Shown: positions 1-10,583, counted from the stretch's first letter. The stretch: DNA of 64,000 bases from a bacterium (GCA_026417415.1 JAOADG010000008.1:515432-579431); one strand, 5' to 3'. The notes: generated by a model from the sequence alone, not told the origin. Numbers and translations are program-made.

Positions 1-845
1 GTAGGATTTTGAACACAGATGGAATGAAGTACTCCCCAAAAAGCACAACCACCAGACAAAGCCCAACTTTCAGCTTGACGTAGGATGTTAGTCGGATTGG
101 ATTCAATCCATTGACGTAATCGTTCTCCTCGAACTAAAGCTGTATCTAACCAACGTTGTGATTGTGAGTGATTTCGCCAACGTGCATATTGTGCAAGTGC
201 ACCCACCGCGATCCCTTCTGCATTGCGATTAACATTGGAAGTCCAATTGACAGGATAGTCGCGAATATAGTTGGCACAAGAATCTCCATAACCAATCACT
301 GAACTATCATGTGTTGCTTGAATGTAAGCCATAGTTGCAGCTAAACCCCAACCAGCATTATGGCTTCTATAATAACCGTTGTTACCACCTTCTTCTAACC
401 ATGCAGGCCAGTTGCGATTGTAGATCCAAGCACGTGCGATTTCAGTTTGAAAGAGAGTATCATTTTGTGCGATTCTTTTCGCATTAGACCAAACTACTAT
501 CGCTTCTTGGGTATTATCGGTTTGAATGATTGTGTAAAGTGAACCCGTTTCACCTTCCCGCATTCCGCCAAAATCAGGTCCTGGTGTTGTCACTTGTAAC
601 GTTCGTAACCAATTGGCAGTCAATAAATATTGATTATAGTATTGATAGGGATTGATTTCAGGAGGTAAATACGGTCTATTCGGAAATATGTTATCTATAA
701 AGGCATTACCAGCTTCTTGTGCAAGGATTTGTTCTTCTGTCCAATAGGGCGTACAATCACCAATATTGGTTTCAAAGAAAAGTATCCATATCCAGAAAAA
801 AAGTATAGATTTAGAGAAGCTAATGTTTTTTTTATATTGTTGCAT
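1..845 (-). CDS. Hypothetical secreted protein or lipoprotein; only the N-terminal 281 aa lie in the window and the C-terminus runs off the left edge. Gly/Trp/Tyr-rich repeats suggest an alpha/alpha-toroid-like fold.
   Basis: ATG at 845..843 on the minus strand, absent from the ORF track because no stop falls in the window. Hand translation gives MQQYKKNISFSKSILFFWIWILFFETNIGDCTPYW... with a hydrophobic N-terminus and a possible lipobox Cys. The frame stays open to position 1. Confidence 0.4.
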   Translation of the reverse strand, partial: MQQYKKNISFSKSILFFWIWILFFETNIGDCTPYWTEEQILAQEAGNAFIDNIFPNRPYLPPEINPYQYYNQYLLTANWLRTLQVTTPGPDFGGMREGETGSLYTIIQTDNTQEAIVVWSNAKRIAQNDTLFQTEIARAWIYNRNWPAWLEEGGNNGYYRSHNAGWGLAATMAYIQATHDSSVIGYGDSCANYIRDYPVNWTSNVNRNAEGIAVGALAQYARWRNHSQSQRWLDTALVRGERLRQWIESNPTNILRQAESWALSGGCAFWGVLHSICVQNP

Positions 846-920
846 ATCAATCACTCCGCATTTGTTACGGAAACGGTTATACATTACTATTTAGAAAGGA
901 CTTAAACAAGAGAAGTATAT

Positions 921-3900
921 ATGTTTCAGAAAATACATAAGAAATTAAAAGTGAATCGAATTTTTTTTCTTATCTTTCTAACTTTCTTTTTGAAAATTTC
1001 ACCATCCAATGCTAAGCGTGAACCTTTTTTTCCAATCATTGAACGTGCTATTCCTCAAAATTTTACTAAAAATGGAATACAAAATTTAGAAACTGGTAAA
1101 ATCATTTTTCTTCATGTTTCAGATAATGTAATTGCTTCATCTGAATCTGAGTATGATGAGGTCTTCAGAATTTGGTATTATCAACATTATAGAGAACTTG
1201 GGTTAAAGCAACCAGTTTCTATTAAACTTATTCAAACACAAGAAACCCCGGGTGGTAAAGTATTGCGATATCGTCAACACCAAAATGAAATAATATCCTA
1301 TGAAAACGATTTGGTGGCTCAATTTGATAAGAGTAGAAAGTTAATTTCTATTCATCATCATTTAGATGATGAATTGTATGTTTTGAATACCACTCCAACA
1401 ATATCTTCAAAAGAAGCGGTTGATTTTGCAAAACAATTTTTTCCTCATACAGGGGAAACACATGCGCCTATTGTGAATTTGTACATTTGGAAATTGCTTG
1501 AATTTGGTTCACAATTGGTCTATCGAGTAATTCTTTCACCAATAGATCCAATCGGTGAATATGAAATTTTAGTTTCTGCTGTTGATGGTAGTCATTTACG
1601 TACTCGAGAAACAACGTGTTACATAGATGGAACAGGTTTGGTCTTTAATCCTGATCCACTGACCTCTGCACAACAATCTTATGGTGGAAATTGGAGGGAT
1701 AACAATGATGCAGACAACAATGAGTTAAATGGGCAAAGAGTAACTCGTTCATTAAGAAATATCACATTTCAAAGTAATAGTTATAGTTTAGTGGGACCAT
1801 TTGTTCAATTGATAGATTTTGAGCCCCCTACGGTTGCACCTGTTACAGCTACTATACCTGATGGTTTTCAATTTACTCGTTCACAGCAAGGGTTTGAAGA
1901 TGTAATGGTTTATGCACACATTGATAGCTGCCAACGTTACATCCAAGCGCTTGGCTTTATGAATATTCAAAATCTGTCTATTGGAGTAGATCCACATGGT
2001 TTATCGGGTGCGGATAATTCTCATTTTTTACCCAGTACAAATCGATTGGCATTTGGTGAAGGAGGCGTAGATGATGCTGAAGATGTAGATGTGTTGTGGC
2101 ACGAATATGGACATGCAATTCAATACAGTCAAGTAAATAACTGGGGTGGAGGTGAATCTGGTTCATTAGGTGAAGGTTTTGGAGATTATTGGGCAGGAAG
2201 CTATTCAGCGAATGTTAGCAATTTTAGACGAGAATGGGTATTTAATTGGGATGGACATAATGAATACTGGAACGGTAGAATTTTAAATACAAATGCGATT
2301 TATCCAAGTGGTATGGGAAGTAGTATTCATACCAATGGTCAAATTTGGTCGCGTGCTTTAATGGATATATGGGATTCATGTGGAAGAACAGTAACCGATC
2401 GCATTGTTTTGCAAGGTCAATTTGCTGTAGGATATGGTGTTACTTATCCGACCTTAGCCAACGCGATTTTAAACGCGGATGTGTTATTGTATCAAGGTCA
2501 GCATCTCAATCAAATTTTTACTGCATTTCAAAATCGTGGTATTCTCACACAAATGCCCCCAATTGCATCTATTTCGGGCGTCATTTCTGCTAACGCGACT
2601 GGGAGCCCAATTTCCAATGCATTGATATATCTGAATGGCATTTTACGAGATACTTCAAATGCCGACGGGTCGTATTGGATTGGAAACTTAGGATTATCTA
2701 CTTACTTCTTGAGGATTGTACATCCACTCTATAATGAAAAAAATGATACTGTGGTGATTAGTGCACCTGGAAATGTAGTAAGAAACCAACTATTGACAAG
2801 ACCGATTTATTCATGTTCACCGGACAGTGTATATATAAACATTCAAAATCTTCAAAATGATACACTTACCATTCCATTGTTAACCACAATGACCAATGTA
2901 GGAGATGGTGATGGACGATACGAATTGGAGTTGATTTCAGGAAATGGATTAGAACAATGGTCGTTTCAAAGAGAATGGAATGTCGGTCAGTTATTCAATG
3001 ACATCCGTTTACAAGGTGTTGAATACGATAACTCAGGTCAAAGAAGATTGATTTTTACTGGTTCTAACAACAATCAAAATCCCAACAAATGGTACCTATG
3101 GAATCATTTTCCAGAGGGTACTCAAATTGATGTGCTTAATCAGTTAACCAATACGGATATTGGATATCGAGATATTGACCGTTTAGGTACTGATTTTATT
3201 ACCGGTGAAAATGATACGATCTGGAGAATAACTGGTTTTAATAATTCATCTGAAATTCGCACCCCCTTATTTAATAATGTAATGATTAATCCCCCAAGAG
3301 CCATCGCATCACAACAAATATCTAATGACAGCTCAATAATTTGGATAGCCGATAACACTTCTCCTGTCAAAAAATTCAGTACCAACGGACAATTATTATC
3401 ACAAATCTCACATAATCGAAGAATTACTGCAATTGTTCCTGAAAGATATCCAAATGGAAAAATTTGGTTCCTATCTACCGATAACAATTATACTCAGTTG
3501 TGGGTATCTGAAATTGATTCTTCCCACACTCAAATCGTTCCTATTGCACAATTACAACTACCAGAAGGATTTCGTTCGTCAGGTGCGTGTTACTATGAAG
3601 AAAGTGACATAGATGCACAAAGGTACTTGTGTGTTCTTTTGACCTCACCTACACAAGCGATATTGCGTACTTATCAATTACCTAAACCTTGTAGATATGC
3701 AACACTGAGTGTTCCAACAGTTGGGTTACTTATACCGAATACAAATGTACAATTAGGTGTGAATCTACGATTAGATACCAATCGGCATACTTTTCATTTT
3801 TCTATTTTACAAAAAAGGAATCCGTCATCAGGCCGTATGGTAACCGTATATCTTTCAAGGTTCAATGAAGTAAAAGATAGAAATTTATTCCAACCTACCA

Positions 3901-4157
3901 CTTTTGAAATTACACGTATCTATCCTAATCCTTTCAATATGAGTTCTTATATTCAATATTCAATTCCTACTGACGATTTCGTGAGCATTGAAGTATATGA
4001 TGTAATAGGGAGAAAAGTGTTTAACGAAAAAGAATTCCATCGAATTGGCGTTTATACTAAAAGAATCAGTTTACAAGAATATCCAAGTGGTATCTATTTC
4101 ATCCAACTTGGAATCCAACAACAATATCGTATTTCAAAACTCATTCTATTGAAATAG
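921..4157 (+). CDS. Large secreted zinc metalloprotease (HExxH zincin) with a C-terminal T9SS (Por) sorting domain
   Basis: Signal-peptide-like N-terminus; HEYGHAIQ motif followed by an acidic GEGFGDYW segment. The last ~80 aa read IYPNPFN...VYDVIGRKV...SGIYFIQL...KLILLK, which is a typical T9SS type-A C-terminal domain. Confidence 0.65.
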   Translation: MFQKIHKKLKVNRIFFLIFLTFFLKISPSNAKREPFFPIIERAIPQNFTKNGIQNLETGKIIFLHVSDNVIASSESEYDEVFRIWYYQHYRELGLKQPVSIKLIQTQETPGGKVLRYRQHQNEIISYENDLVAQFDKSRKLISIHHHLDDELYVLNTTPTISSKEAVDFAKQFFPHTGETHAPIVNLYIWKLLEFGSQLVYRVILSPIDPIGEYEILVSAVDGSHLRTRETTCYIDGTGLVFNPDPLTSAQQSYGGNWRDNNDADNNELNGQRVTRSLRNITFQSNSYSLVGPFVQLIDFEPPTVAPVTATIPDGFQFTRSQQGFEDVMVYAHIDSCQRYIQALGFMNIQNLSIGVDPHGLSGADNSHFLPSTNRLAFGEGGVDDAEDVDVLWHEYGHAIQYSQVNNWGGGESGSLGEGFGDYWAGSYSANVSNFRREWVFNWDGHNEYWNGRILNTNAIYPSGMGSSIHTNGQIWSRALMDIWDSCGRTVTDRIVLQGQFAVGYGVTYPTLANAILNADVLLYQGQHLNQIFTAFQNRGILTQMPPIASISGVISANATGSPISNALIYLNGILRDTSNADGSYWIGNLGLSTYFLRIVHPLYNEKNDTVVISAPGNVVRNQLLTRPIYSCSPDSVYINIQNLQNDTLTIPLLTTMTNVGDGDGRYELELISGNGLEQWSFQREWNVGQLFNDIRLQGVEYDNSGQRRLIFTGSNNNQNPNKWYLWNHFPEGTQIDVLNQLTNTDIGYRDIDRLGTDFITGENDTIWRITGFNNSSEIRTPLFNNVMINPPRAIASQQISNDSSIIWIADNTSPVKKFSTNGQLLSQISHNRRITAIVPERYPNGKIWFLSTDNNYTQLWVSEIDSSHTQIVPIAQLQLPEGFRSSGACYYEESDIDAQRYLCVLLTSPTQAILRTYQLPKPCRYATLSVPTVGLLIPNTNVQLGVNLRLDTNRHTFHFSILQKRNPSSGRMVTVYLSRFNEVKDRNLFQPTTFEITRIYPNPFNMSSYIQYSIPTDDFVSIEVYDVIGRKVFNEKEFHRIGVYTKRISLQEYPSGIYFIQLGIQQQYRISKLILLK

Positions 4158-4168
4158 CGAGGGAATAT

Positions 4169-5359
4169 TTAAAAATCGACTGGTGGGTAAGAAAAATCCT
4201 CTATAGACAAATTGTTTAGCAAATTTTCATAACATTGAATACGATGACGAACGATAGATTTTAATGAAATTTTTTCTGCATACATTCTTCTTCTTTTAGA
4301 TTGCTCAGGCGTATTGGCTTGTAATGCGAGATCGGCTTTTTCAGGTAACTCCTCTTTAGTTTCCGCTAAATGAAGCAAAGATTTAAAAGGGGTATAATCG
4401 GGCTGTGCAAATGGTCCAATAATTGGAATGCCACTTAGCAGATACTGATAAACTTTATTTTGATTTCTAGTTTTAGAAAAATCATTGGGTGCATCAAGGA
4501 TCATTCCTACATCAATATGCGACATAACTGTTGGTAAATCATTATATGGAATTTTACCAACGAAATGTACGTTTTTTTGTAACATGACTTTCTTAAATGA
4601 ATTATTTTGTTGGAGTTCAGGACCACCATCAATCCATCCAAACAATAAAAAAGTATAATACGGTCGGATTTGAGATAAATACAACAAAGCATCCCAATCT
4701 AATATTGAGTTTATCCCTCCAAAGTAGCCAAAAATAGGTCTTGAGTATTTTTTTAAAATTTCAGGTTCTTCAGTAGATGACATCCACTTGGGACAAAAGA
4801 ATTCATCATCAGCAGAATTTGGAATAAATACAATACGTTTTGTATAAGTTTGAAAAATGTTTTTTAAAGTTCTTGATGTAGTAAATACTATATCCGCTTT
4901 TTGAGCGCAGATTTTTTCATATTTGGCTTGTATAGCGCTCATGTAAATAGGTTGACCGGGAACTTGTGAGTAGTGATCTATGATCCAATAGGAACAAAAT
5001 TTAGAAAATAATGGTTGAAAATGATTTCTAAAGAAAGGACTGATAAACTCAGTAAAAGTCGGTTGAAAATTTAAGTAAGAAAGATATTTTTTACACTGAA
5101 CATACAATCCTTTTGCATCTAACTTAGATAGGGTGTCGGATAATAAAATCATCCGATAAGGTGCAAAGGGTAAACGTTGTACTGACCATACGTTTTGATG
5201 AATTTCTATGGGTTTTTCTTTTATACGATGATGTAAAAAACGGTTTTGATGAACGATAAGTACCTTACAATGATTTCCAAGTTCTTTAAAAAAACCGGGT
5301 AAAAGTTGGGTTTGATAATCTTGATGGTGATCAATAAACAAGAGATTCACGTTTAACAC
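4169..5359 (-). CDS. GT-B fold glycosyltransferase-like protein (GT1/GT4-like C-terminal half, acidic catalytic residues replaced)
   Basis: C-terminal region HFVGKIPYNDLPTVMSHIDVGMILDAPNDFSKTRNQNKVYQYLLSGIPIIGPF resembles the GT4 EX7E region, but with N and Q where Glu is expected. It overlaps the downstream MFS gene by 29 nt. Confidence 0.4.
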   Translation of the reverse strand: MLNVNLLFIDHHQDYQTQLLPGFFKELGNHCKVLIVHQNRFLHHRIKEKPIEIHQNVWSVQRLPFAPYRMILLSDTLSKLDAKGLYVQCKKYLSYLNFQPTFTEFISPFFRNHFQPLFSKFCSYWIIDHYSQVPGQPIYMSAIQAKYEKICAQKADIVFTTSRTLKNIFQTYTKRIVFIPNSADDEFFCPKWMSSTEEPEILKKYSRPIFGYFGGINSILDWDALLYLSQIRPYYTFLLFGWIDGGPELQQNNSFKKVMLQKNVHFVGKIPYNDLPTVMSHIDVGMILDAPNDFSKTRNQNKVYQYLLSGIPIIGPFAQPDYTPFKSLLHLAETKEELPEKADLALQANTPEQSKRRRMYAEKISLKSIVRHRIQCYENLLNNLSIEDFSYPPVDF

Positions 5360-6689
5360 CTTGTACCAATTTTTTTAAGAGAAGGTAGAAATAAATTGCA
5401 ATAACAAAACGAAACACAGCAGTCATTGCAAAAGCAAAATGAGTAGGGTAAATAGGTATAGACAAAAATCTACCTTGACAATGTGAAATAGTTTCCATCA
5501 TCCAACCTCCCATTAGTGAACCAATGGTAAAACCGATTCCTGTTACGGCTGCTAATGCAGAAATAAATGAACTTCGTGTAGATTCATTGGAGTACTTTAA
5601 GGGGATGGTAGAAGAAGTAATCTGAATAGCACTCCATCCTATTGCTGTGATGATAATTTCTGGGATAATAGGAAATAAAAATTGGGGTGTAATGAATAAC
5701 CAAAAGATCGATAAGGTTGCCAAGCATAACATGCCTATGATCAGAACCGAAAAATCATTGTTTTTATCAATCCATTTTCCTACAATAGGCGATACAATTG
5801 CCATCGTAATGGTGAATAATGCACCGTAACCTGTTAGTAGCGTAAAACTAAATTTTAAGTACGTTAGCATATGTACAGCCCAATAAGGACCAGCAAATCC
5901 AATAGCAGCATACCATCCAGCAAAACCTAATAAAACAGATCGATATTCAGGATGCTTCCATGCAAGATGAATTTGTAAATTTTGATCAGTAACTCCATTA
6001 CGACTTCGTAACTGCTTAGGAATTCCAATCATTAGGTAGGTCGAAATCAAACCTGCCAAAATTGCAAGTGTACCTATCGTAAAATGTCCTAAACCTTCTA
6101 ATTTCTGCAATTTCATCCAATCCATAAAAATGCCCGCAACTACCAAAGTAACAACGTTTGCAGTGGACATCCATCTTTGTCTTATTCCAAAAAATCTTCC
6201 ACGTATTTCTTTATGGATTAGATCTCCAACCCAAGAAAGCCAACACAATGCGCTGAGGGTTAAAAACAAATTCATCAAGAATACAAACAATATGAACCAC
6301 CATACCGCATGTTTCGGTTGAAGCACTGCTAAAATTATTGGACCAATCCATAAGCATCGTCCGATGGTGGCTGTTAGTATTGTATTTCGTTTACGAGTAG
6401 AATAAGAATTGAGATAGTTTCCGAGTATCAATTGCAAAGGCATCACAATAAAAACCATTGCACTGATAAGTGAGATTTGCCAATGACCTGCTTTTAAATA
6501 AGTGGCGAGTGCAATTAATAAACCTCCTTGTGTTATTACAGAAAAAACGGAGGCAAATGTTCCTTCCCAAATGAAACGAAAAAAAACTCCACGAAAAGTA
6601 TTCGCCTTGGGAAGAGAAAAACGACCGCTCAATTCTTTGAGCGGTCGAACCCAAGTTAATACAATCGGTGATGGTTCAGCGTCCGGCAT
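5331..6689 (-). CDS. MFS-type transporter with 12 predicted TM helices
   Basis: Hydropathy pattern of alternating hydrophobic segments across 452 aa. It overlaps the upstream and downstream genes, so an operon is likely. Confidence 0.55.
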   Translation of the reverse strand: MPDAEPSPIVLTWVRPLKELSGRFSLPKANTFRGVFFRFIWEGTFASVFSVITQGGLLIALATYLKAGHWQISLISAMVFIVMPLQLILGNYLNSYSTRKRNTILTATIGRCLWIGPIILAVLQPKHAVWWFILFVFLMNLFLTLSALCWLSWVGDLIHKEIRGRFFGIRQRWMSTANVVTLVVAGIFMDWMKLQKLEGLGHFTIGTLAILAGLISTYLMIGIPKQLRSRNGVTDQNLQIHLAWKHPEYRSVLLGFAGWYAAIGFAGPYWAVHMLTYLKFSFTLLTGYGALFTITMAIVSPIVGKWIDKNNDFSVLIIGMLCLATLSIFWLFITPQFLFPIIPEIIITAIGWSAIQITSSTIPLKYSNESTRSSFISALAAVTGIGFTIGSLMGGWMMETISHCQGRFLSIPIYPTHFAFAMTAVFRFVIAIYFYLLLKKLVQGVKRESLVY

Positions 6690-6987
6690 CAGGAATTGAG
6701 TTAAACTCTTTCGTTGTTTGTAATGCTTCTCTTGCAGATTCTACAGCTAAAGCGGAAACGGTTAATGCGGAATCTGTTTTTCCAATTTCTAACAATTCTT
6801 TTGCATATTCAATCTTTTCACGTGCTACATTGACAGCTACGGGAGCACGTAGCTCTGCACCGATTTCAATTGCCTCATTTAAAATTCGCTCTGCTTCTTC
6901 AATTTTCTTTTCAACCCCTTTAGTTCCGCAACCTAATAAAAAACTGAGAAGAATTGAAAAGATTAAAAAAGAATATACTCTTCTCAT
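6676..6987 (-). CDS. Small lipoprotein, DUF4398-like helical domain
   Basis: MRRVYSFLIFSILLSFLLGCGTKG signal peptide with a lipobox, then a helical domain rich in A/E/L. The antisense + ORF at 6668..7003 is judged spurious. Confidence 0.55.
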   Translation of the reverse strand: MRRVYSFLIFSILLSFLLGCGTKGVEKKIEEAERILNEAIEIGAELRAPVAVNVAREKIEYAKELLEIGKTDSALTVSALAVESAREALQTTKEFNSIPDAGR

Positions 6988-7107
6988 AGATCCTCCAAAC
7001 TAAGCGCTACTAATCAATGATACGCTACAAAACTACGAAAAAAAAGTCAAAGAGAAAAAGGATATTGGATTATGCTATACTAAGTAATTAACTTTCAACA
7101 ATTAATA

Positions 7108-7326
7108 ATGAACCCTATGTTTCCAACCGATTCAAACGACTCTTTGCAATCAAAAATTTATTGTATTGAATGTAAATATTCTGTTTTTCCAGAACCTACT
7201 TCACAATGCTATCGTATGGGTGGTCTTATCTGCACGATAGACCATGAAAATGTGGGAAAATGGGATAGATGCCGATTTTCTGATAATGTCGCCCAAAAGA
7301 TAAATGAAAGTGGATCAAATTCATAA
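7108..7326 (+). CDS. Hypothetical small Cys-rich protein (72 aa), possibly a zinc ribbon; ends 11 nt before the next gene
   Basis: CIEC ... C ... C ... C spacing. No other support, and it could be non-coding leader sequence. Confidence 0.2.
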   Translation: MNPMFPTDSNDSLQSKIYCIECKYSVFPEPTSQCYRMGGLICTIDHENVGKWDRCRFSDNVAQKINESGSNS

Positions 7327-7337
7327 TTGGGAATTAT

Positions 7338-10022
7338 ATGCATAGAATAACGTTTCTTTTAATCCTCTTCACTACATTTTTACCCCAAACTCTACAAGCT
7401 GAATTAGAAAATGCACGACGAGGACCTATTCGTAAGAATGCTGAAATTCAACTTTCTAATCCTAATGTTCAAAATCGTGTTCACCGCGTTGGAAACATCT
7501 GGATGAACATTACGAATTACGGATTTTTCGGAAACTATTCCATTCGTAATGCAAACCGTATGCAGGATCCTGAATATCCGGGAACTTACGCACCACAAGC
7601 GATATTTCCAGCAGGATCAAATCAAACCTATCTGTACCAAGCTGCGATATGGGTGGGTGCAATGGTTCAAGAAGAAGGAAGAGAATTTCCCAGAGTTTCT
7701 GTGGGAACCGATGGATGGGTAAGAACAGCCAACAACACTTCAATTATTGAATTCTGGCCTGGTGAAGGTCCAAATAATGGAATTCAGGAACGCTCTACCA
7801 GACCGAATGCGTACAATCGTTTAGGGCAATATGTAACCCACGAATTAGCAGTTTCTGAACAAGATTTTATTTTAAGTTATACCGATACTTTGAATGAAAA
7901 CTTTTTTGTAGCAGAAGATCCAATTGATGGTAGACACTTTCCTCTTGGTATAAAAGTCACTCAAAAATCCTATGCATTCAGTTATGCTTATGCAAAAGAT
8001 TTTATTTTTTTCGAGTGGGAGTTTGAAAATATAGCCACCAATTATCTTAAAAATATTTACGTTGGGTTGTATGTTGATGGCGATATTGGAGATATGTCGG
8101 AAACTCCGGATTGGCATAATGATGATATCTGCGGATTTCAAAGATTTTATGTATATCAATTGCCTGATGGAAGAAGAGACAGTTCACTTGTTAATGTTGC
8201 GTATATAGTGGATAATGATGGAAGACCCTACGATGTTCCTAATGGTTCTGATTTTTCAGCACCTCATGTATTAGGTTCAAGGGTATTAAAAGCACCCAAT
8301 CCATCGTTGAAAACATCGTTTAATTGGTGGATTTCTAATGGTAACGAAGCCCTTGATTTTGGTCCTTCATGGGTAGATGATAATGCACCAGGGAGTTGGA
8401 CCAATCAGTATGGTACTCCGATGGGAGATGCAAGAAAGTATTTTGTATTGTCCAATCGTGAGTTTGATTATGATCAACTCTATACAAACAATCCTGTATA
8501 TCTTGCTAATCATCCACAGGAAGATCTTGATAATCCTGGTGTATTTCATGCATGGAAAAATGCTGAAGAAACTACAATGAATGATTTAGCGGATGGATAC
8601 GATACGAGATACTTACTATCATGGGGTCCTTTAGGTGTGTTTGACCATTTTTCACCCACTGGTGAACGTGTATTCCGATTGAATCCGGGTGAGAAATTTA
8701 GTATGTCGGTGGCATTCGTTGCAGGTCTATATTTTCACAACCCAAATAATCCACAAACATCCAATACTGTAATTGATCCAGAAAAATTTAATTTTGCTAC
8801 CATACAATATGCAGCAGATTGGGCGTCTAGAGTGTATGATAATCCGATGCGTGATACACCTACCCGTTCGCATCCAAAGGGTGATGGTTGGTACGGCGAG
8901 GATACAGGTTCTGATTTATTGTTTGCAAAAGAGATAGGTGATTCAATTGTCATTGATCATATTTTTATAGGATATTATCCCGGCCCTGATGTTGATGGAA
9001 CAGAGAAAAACAATAAATTAGATCCGGGTGAAGATAACAATCCTTACAAACCTCAAAGGTATTGGTATACTTCCAATAACCAAATACTTGATTTAGGGGA
9101 TGGTGAACCCGATTTCTTGGGACCGCCACCACCGCCAATTCCGCAACTTAGATCTATTGCGGGCGATAATTGGGTGGAACTGATTTGGACACCATTTCCT
9201 TCCGAAGATCCGAATTATCTTGATCCATTTTCTAATCTATCTGATTTTGAAGGATATCGTATTTATGTTTCAGAAACAGGTTTAGAAAATGAATTTTCAT
9301 TGTTAGCAGTCTTTGATAAAGTAAATTATGCCTATTTTCATCCTACTACAGATTCTTTGGCTACAGTACCGGACAATAGGACCGATGCAAGACCAGATAC
9401 TATTATTAATGGTGAATATTTAATTCGTAAAAGAGTTGGATTGAACACTGGTTTTTCTGCTATATGGAATTCAACAGATTCCACTTATCGATATAGAATT
9501 GTAGGTGTACCCCCGTTATTTCCACGTTATTATGCAGTAACGGCTTTTGACTACGGCGATCCTCGTGTGGGAACACCTTCGTTAGAAACATCAAAAAATT
9601 CAAATCGAATTTATACTGCACCTTCAAGACAGACCAAGGGTACGGTGAACGTTGTTCCAAATCCTTACCGTGTAGATGTGGATTATACCCGTGTGTATGG
9701 AAATGGTCTTGCTTGGGAAAATCGTGATGATGGTACACCCATGTTCTACCCACAAGAAGATAGAAGAATTTATTTTTACAATTTGCCTAAGCAAGCTCTC
9801 ATTCGTATTTTTACTGTGTCTGGGGATTTAGTTGCTGCTATCCCACATAACATTCCTGGCGATCTTAACATCGGCGTAAATCTTGATTATGCAGAGAGTT
9901 GGAATTTAAAATCCAGAAATGAACAACTGGTTACTTCTGGGTTATATCTTTTTTCTGTTGAAGATAAAACACCAGAGGGAAATGGAAAGATATCTACGGG
10001 GAAATTTGTTATTATTCGATAA
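7338..10022 (+). CDS. Large secreted protein with a fibronectin type III-like domain and a divergent T9SS-like C-terminal domain
   Basis: Signal peptide MHRITFLLILFTTFLPQTLQA; PPPPPIPQLRSIAGDNWVELIWTP...FEGYRIYV (FN3-like). The C-terminus reads VVPNPYRVD...IRIFTVSGDLVAAI...SGLYLFSVED...GKFVIIR, which resembles an expanded Por secretion tail. Confidence 0.5.
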   Translation: MHRITFLLILFTTFLPQTLQAELENARRGPIRKNAEIQLSNPNVQNRVHRVGNIWMNITNYGFFGNYSIRNANRMQDPEYPGTYAPQAIFPAGSNQTYLYQAAIWVGAMVQEEGREFPRVSVGTDGWVRTANNTSIIEFWPGEGPNNGIQERSTRPNAYNRLGQYVTHELAVSEQDFILSYTDTLNENFFVAEDPIDGRHFPLGIKVTQKSYAFSYAYAKDFIFFEWEFENIATNYLKNIYVGLYVDGDIGDMSETPDWHNDDICGFQRFYVYQLPDGRRDSSLVNVAYIVDNDGRPYDVPNGSDFSAPHVLGSRVLKAPNPSLKTSFNWWISNGNEALDFGPSWVDDNAPGSWTNQYGTPMGDARKYFVLSNREFDYDQLYTNNPVYLANHPQEDLDNPGVFHAWKNAEETTMNDLADGYDTRYLLSWGPLGVFDHFSPTGERVFRLNPGEKFSMSVAFVAGLYFHNPNNPQTSNTVIDPEKFNFATIQYAADWASRVYDNPMRDTPTRSHPKGDGWYGEDTGSDLLFAKEIGDSIVIDHIFIGYYPGPDVDGTEKNNKLDPGEDNNPYKPQRYWYTSNNQILDLGDGEPDFLGPPPPPIPQLRSIAGDNWVELIWTPFPSEDPNYLDPFSNLSDFEGYRIYVSETGLENEFSLLAVFDKVNYAYFHPTTDSLATVPDNRTDARPDTIINGEYLIRKRVGLNTGFSAIWNSTDSTYRYRIVGVPPLFPRYYAVTAFDYGDPRVGTPSLETSKNSNRIYTAPSRQTKGTVNVVPNPYRVDVDYTRVYGNGLAWENRDDGTPMFYPQEDRRIYFYNLPKQALIRIFTVSGDLVAAIPHNIPGDLNIGVNLDYAESWNLKSRNEQLVTSGLYLFSVEDKTPEGNGKISTGKFVIIR

Positions 10023-10037
10023 AATAGGAGAAAAATC

Positions 10038-10565
10038 ATGTTTAGAAGATTGCTTACGTTTTGCTTGATTGTTTTTTTTAGCGTTTCAGTATTCGCTTCT
10101 GAAAAAGAATGCTTCGGCGAAAAGATAACAAGTAAAAAAATAATTAAGGTAGCCAACCTTAAACCATCAAAAGATAAAATTGTAGTTGCTGAAGGTGTGA
10201 TTGAAGCAGTGTGTCAATCTGCTGGATGTTGGGTGGTGTTGAGAGATGGCAATAAAATCGTTTTTGTGAAAGCAAAGGATGAAGGTTTTGCAATGCCTAA
10301 AAATGCGGCGGGAGCAACAGCAAGAGCAATGGGTACAGTGAAAGAAGAAGAATTTTCAGAAGCAGTCTTGAAACATTTTGAGGAAGATGGATTGAAGTTG
10401 ACGGATGAAGTGAAAAAAACTAAGAAGATGCTGTACATGGATGCATTAGGCGTAGAAATTCTTCCTGCTAAAGGAATGAAATTGGAGTCGACGAAAGGGT
10501 ATTCATGCCCCCATCAATCAGAAAAATCTGAAGCAGAGAAAAAGCACGAAAAGAAAGAACATTAA
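10038..10565 (+). CDS. DUF4920-like secreted protein
   Basis: Signal peptide followed by a CQSAGCW motif and a lysine/glutamate-rich tail. A strong terminator follows. Confidence 0.5.
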   Translation: MFRRLLTFCLIVFFSVSVFASEKECFGEKITSKKIIKVANLKPSKDKIVVAEGVIEAVCQSAGCWVVLRDGNKIVFVKAKDEGFAMPKNAAGATARAMGTVKEEEFSEAVLKHFEEDGLKLTDEVKKTKKMLYMDALGVEILPAKGMKLESTKGYSCPHQSEKSEAEKKHEKKEH

Positions 10566-10583
10566 AATTTTCTATGAAAGAGA

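Noticed and set aside
6668-7003. 111-aa plus-strand ORF
   Set aside because: It is antisense to a minus-strand ORF that has a textbook lipoprotein signal peptide (LLGC lipobox). The plus-strand product is low-complexity Ala/Ser-rich.
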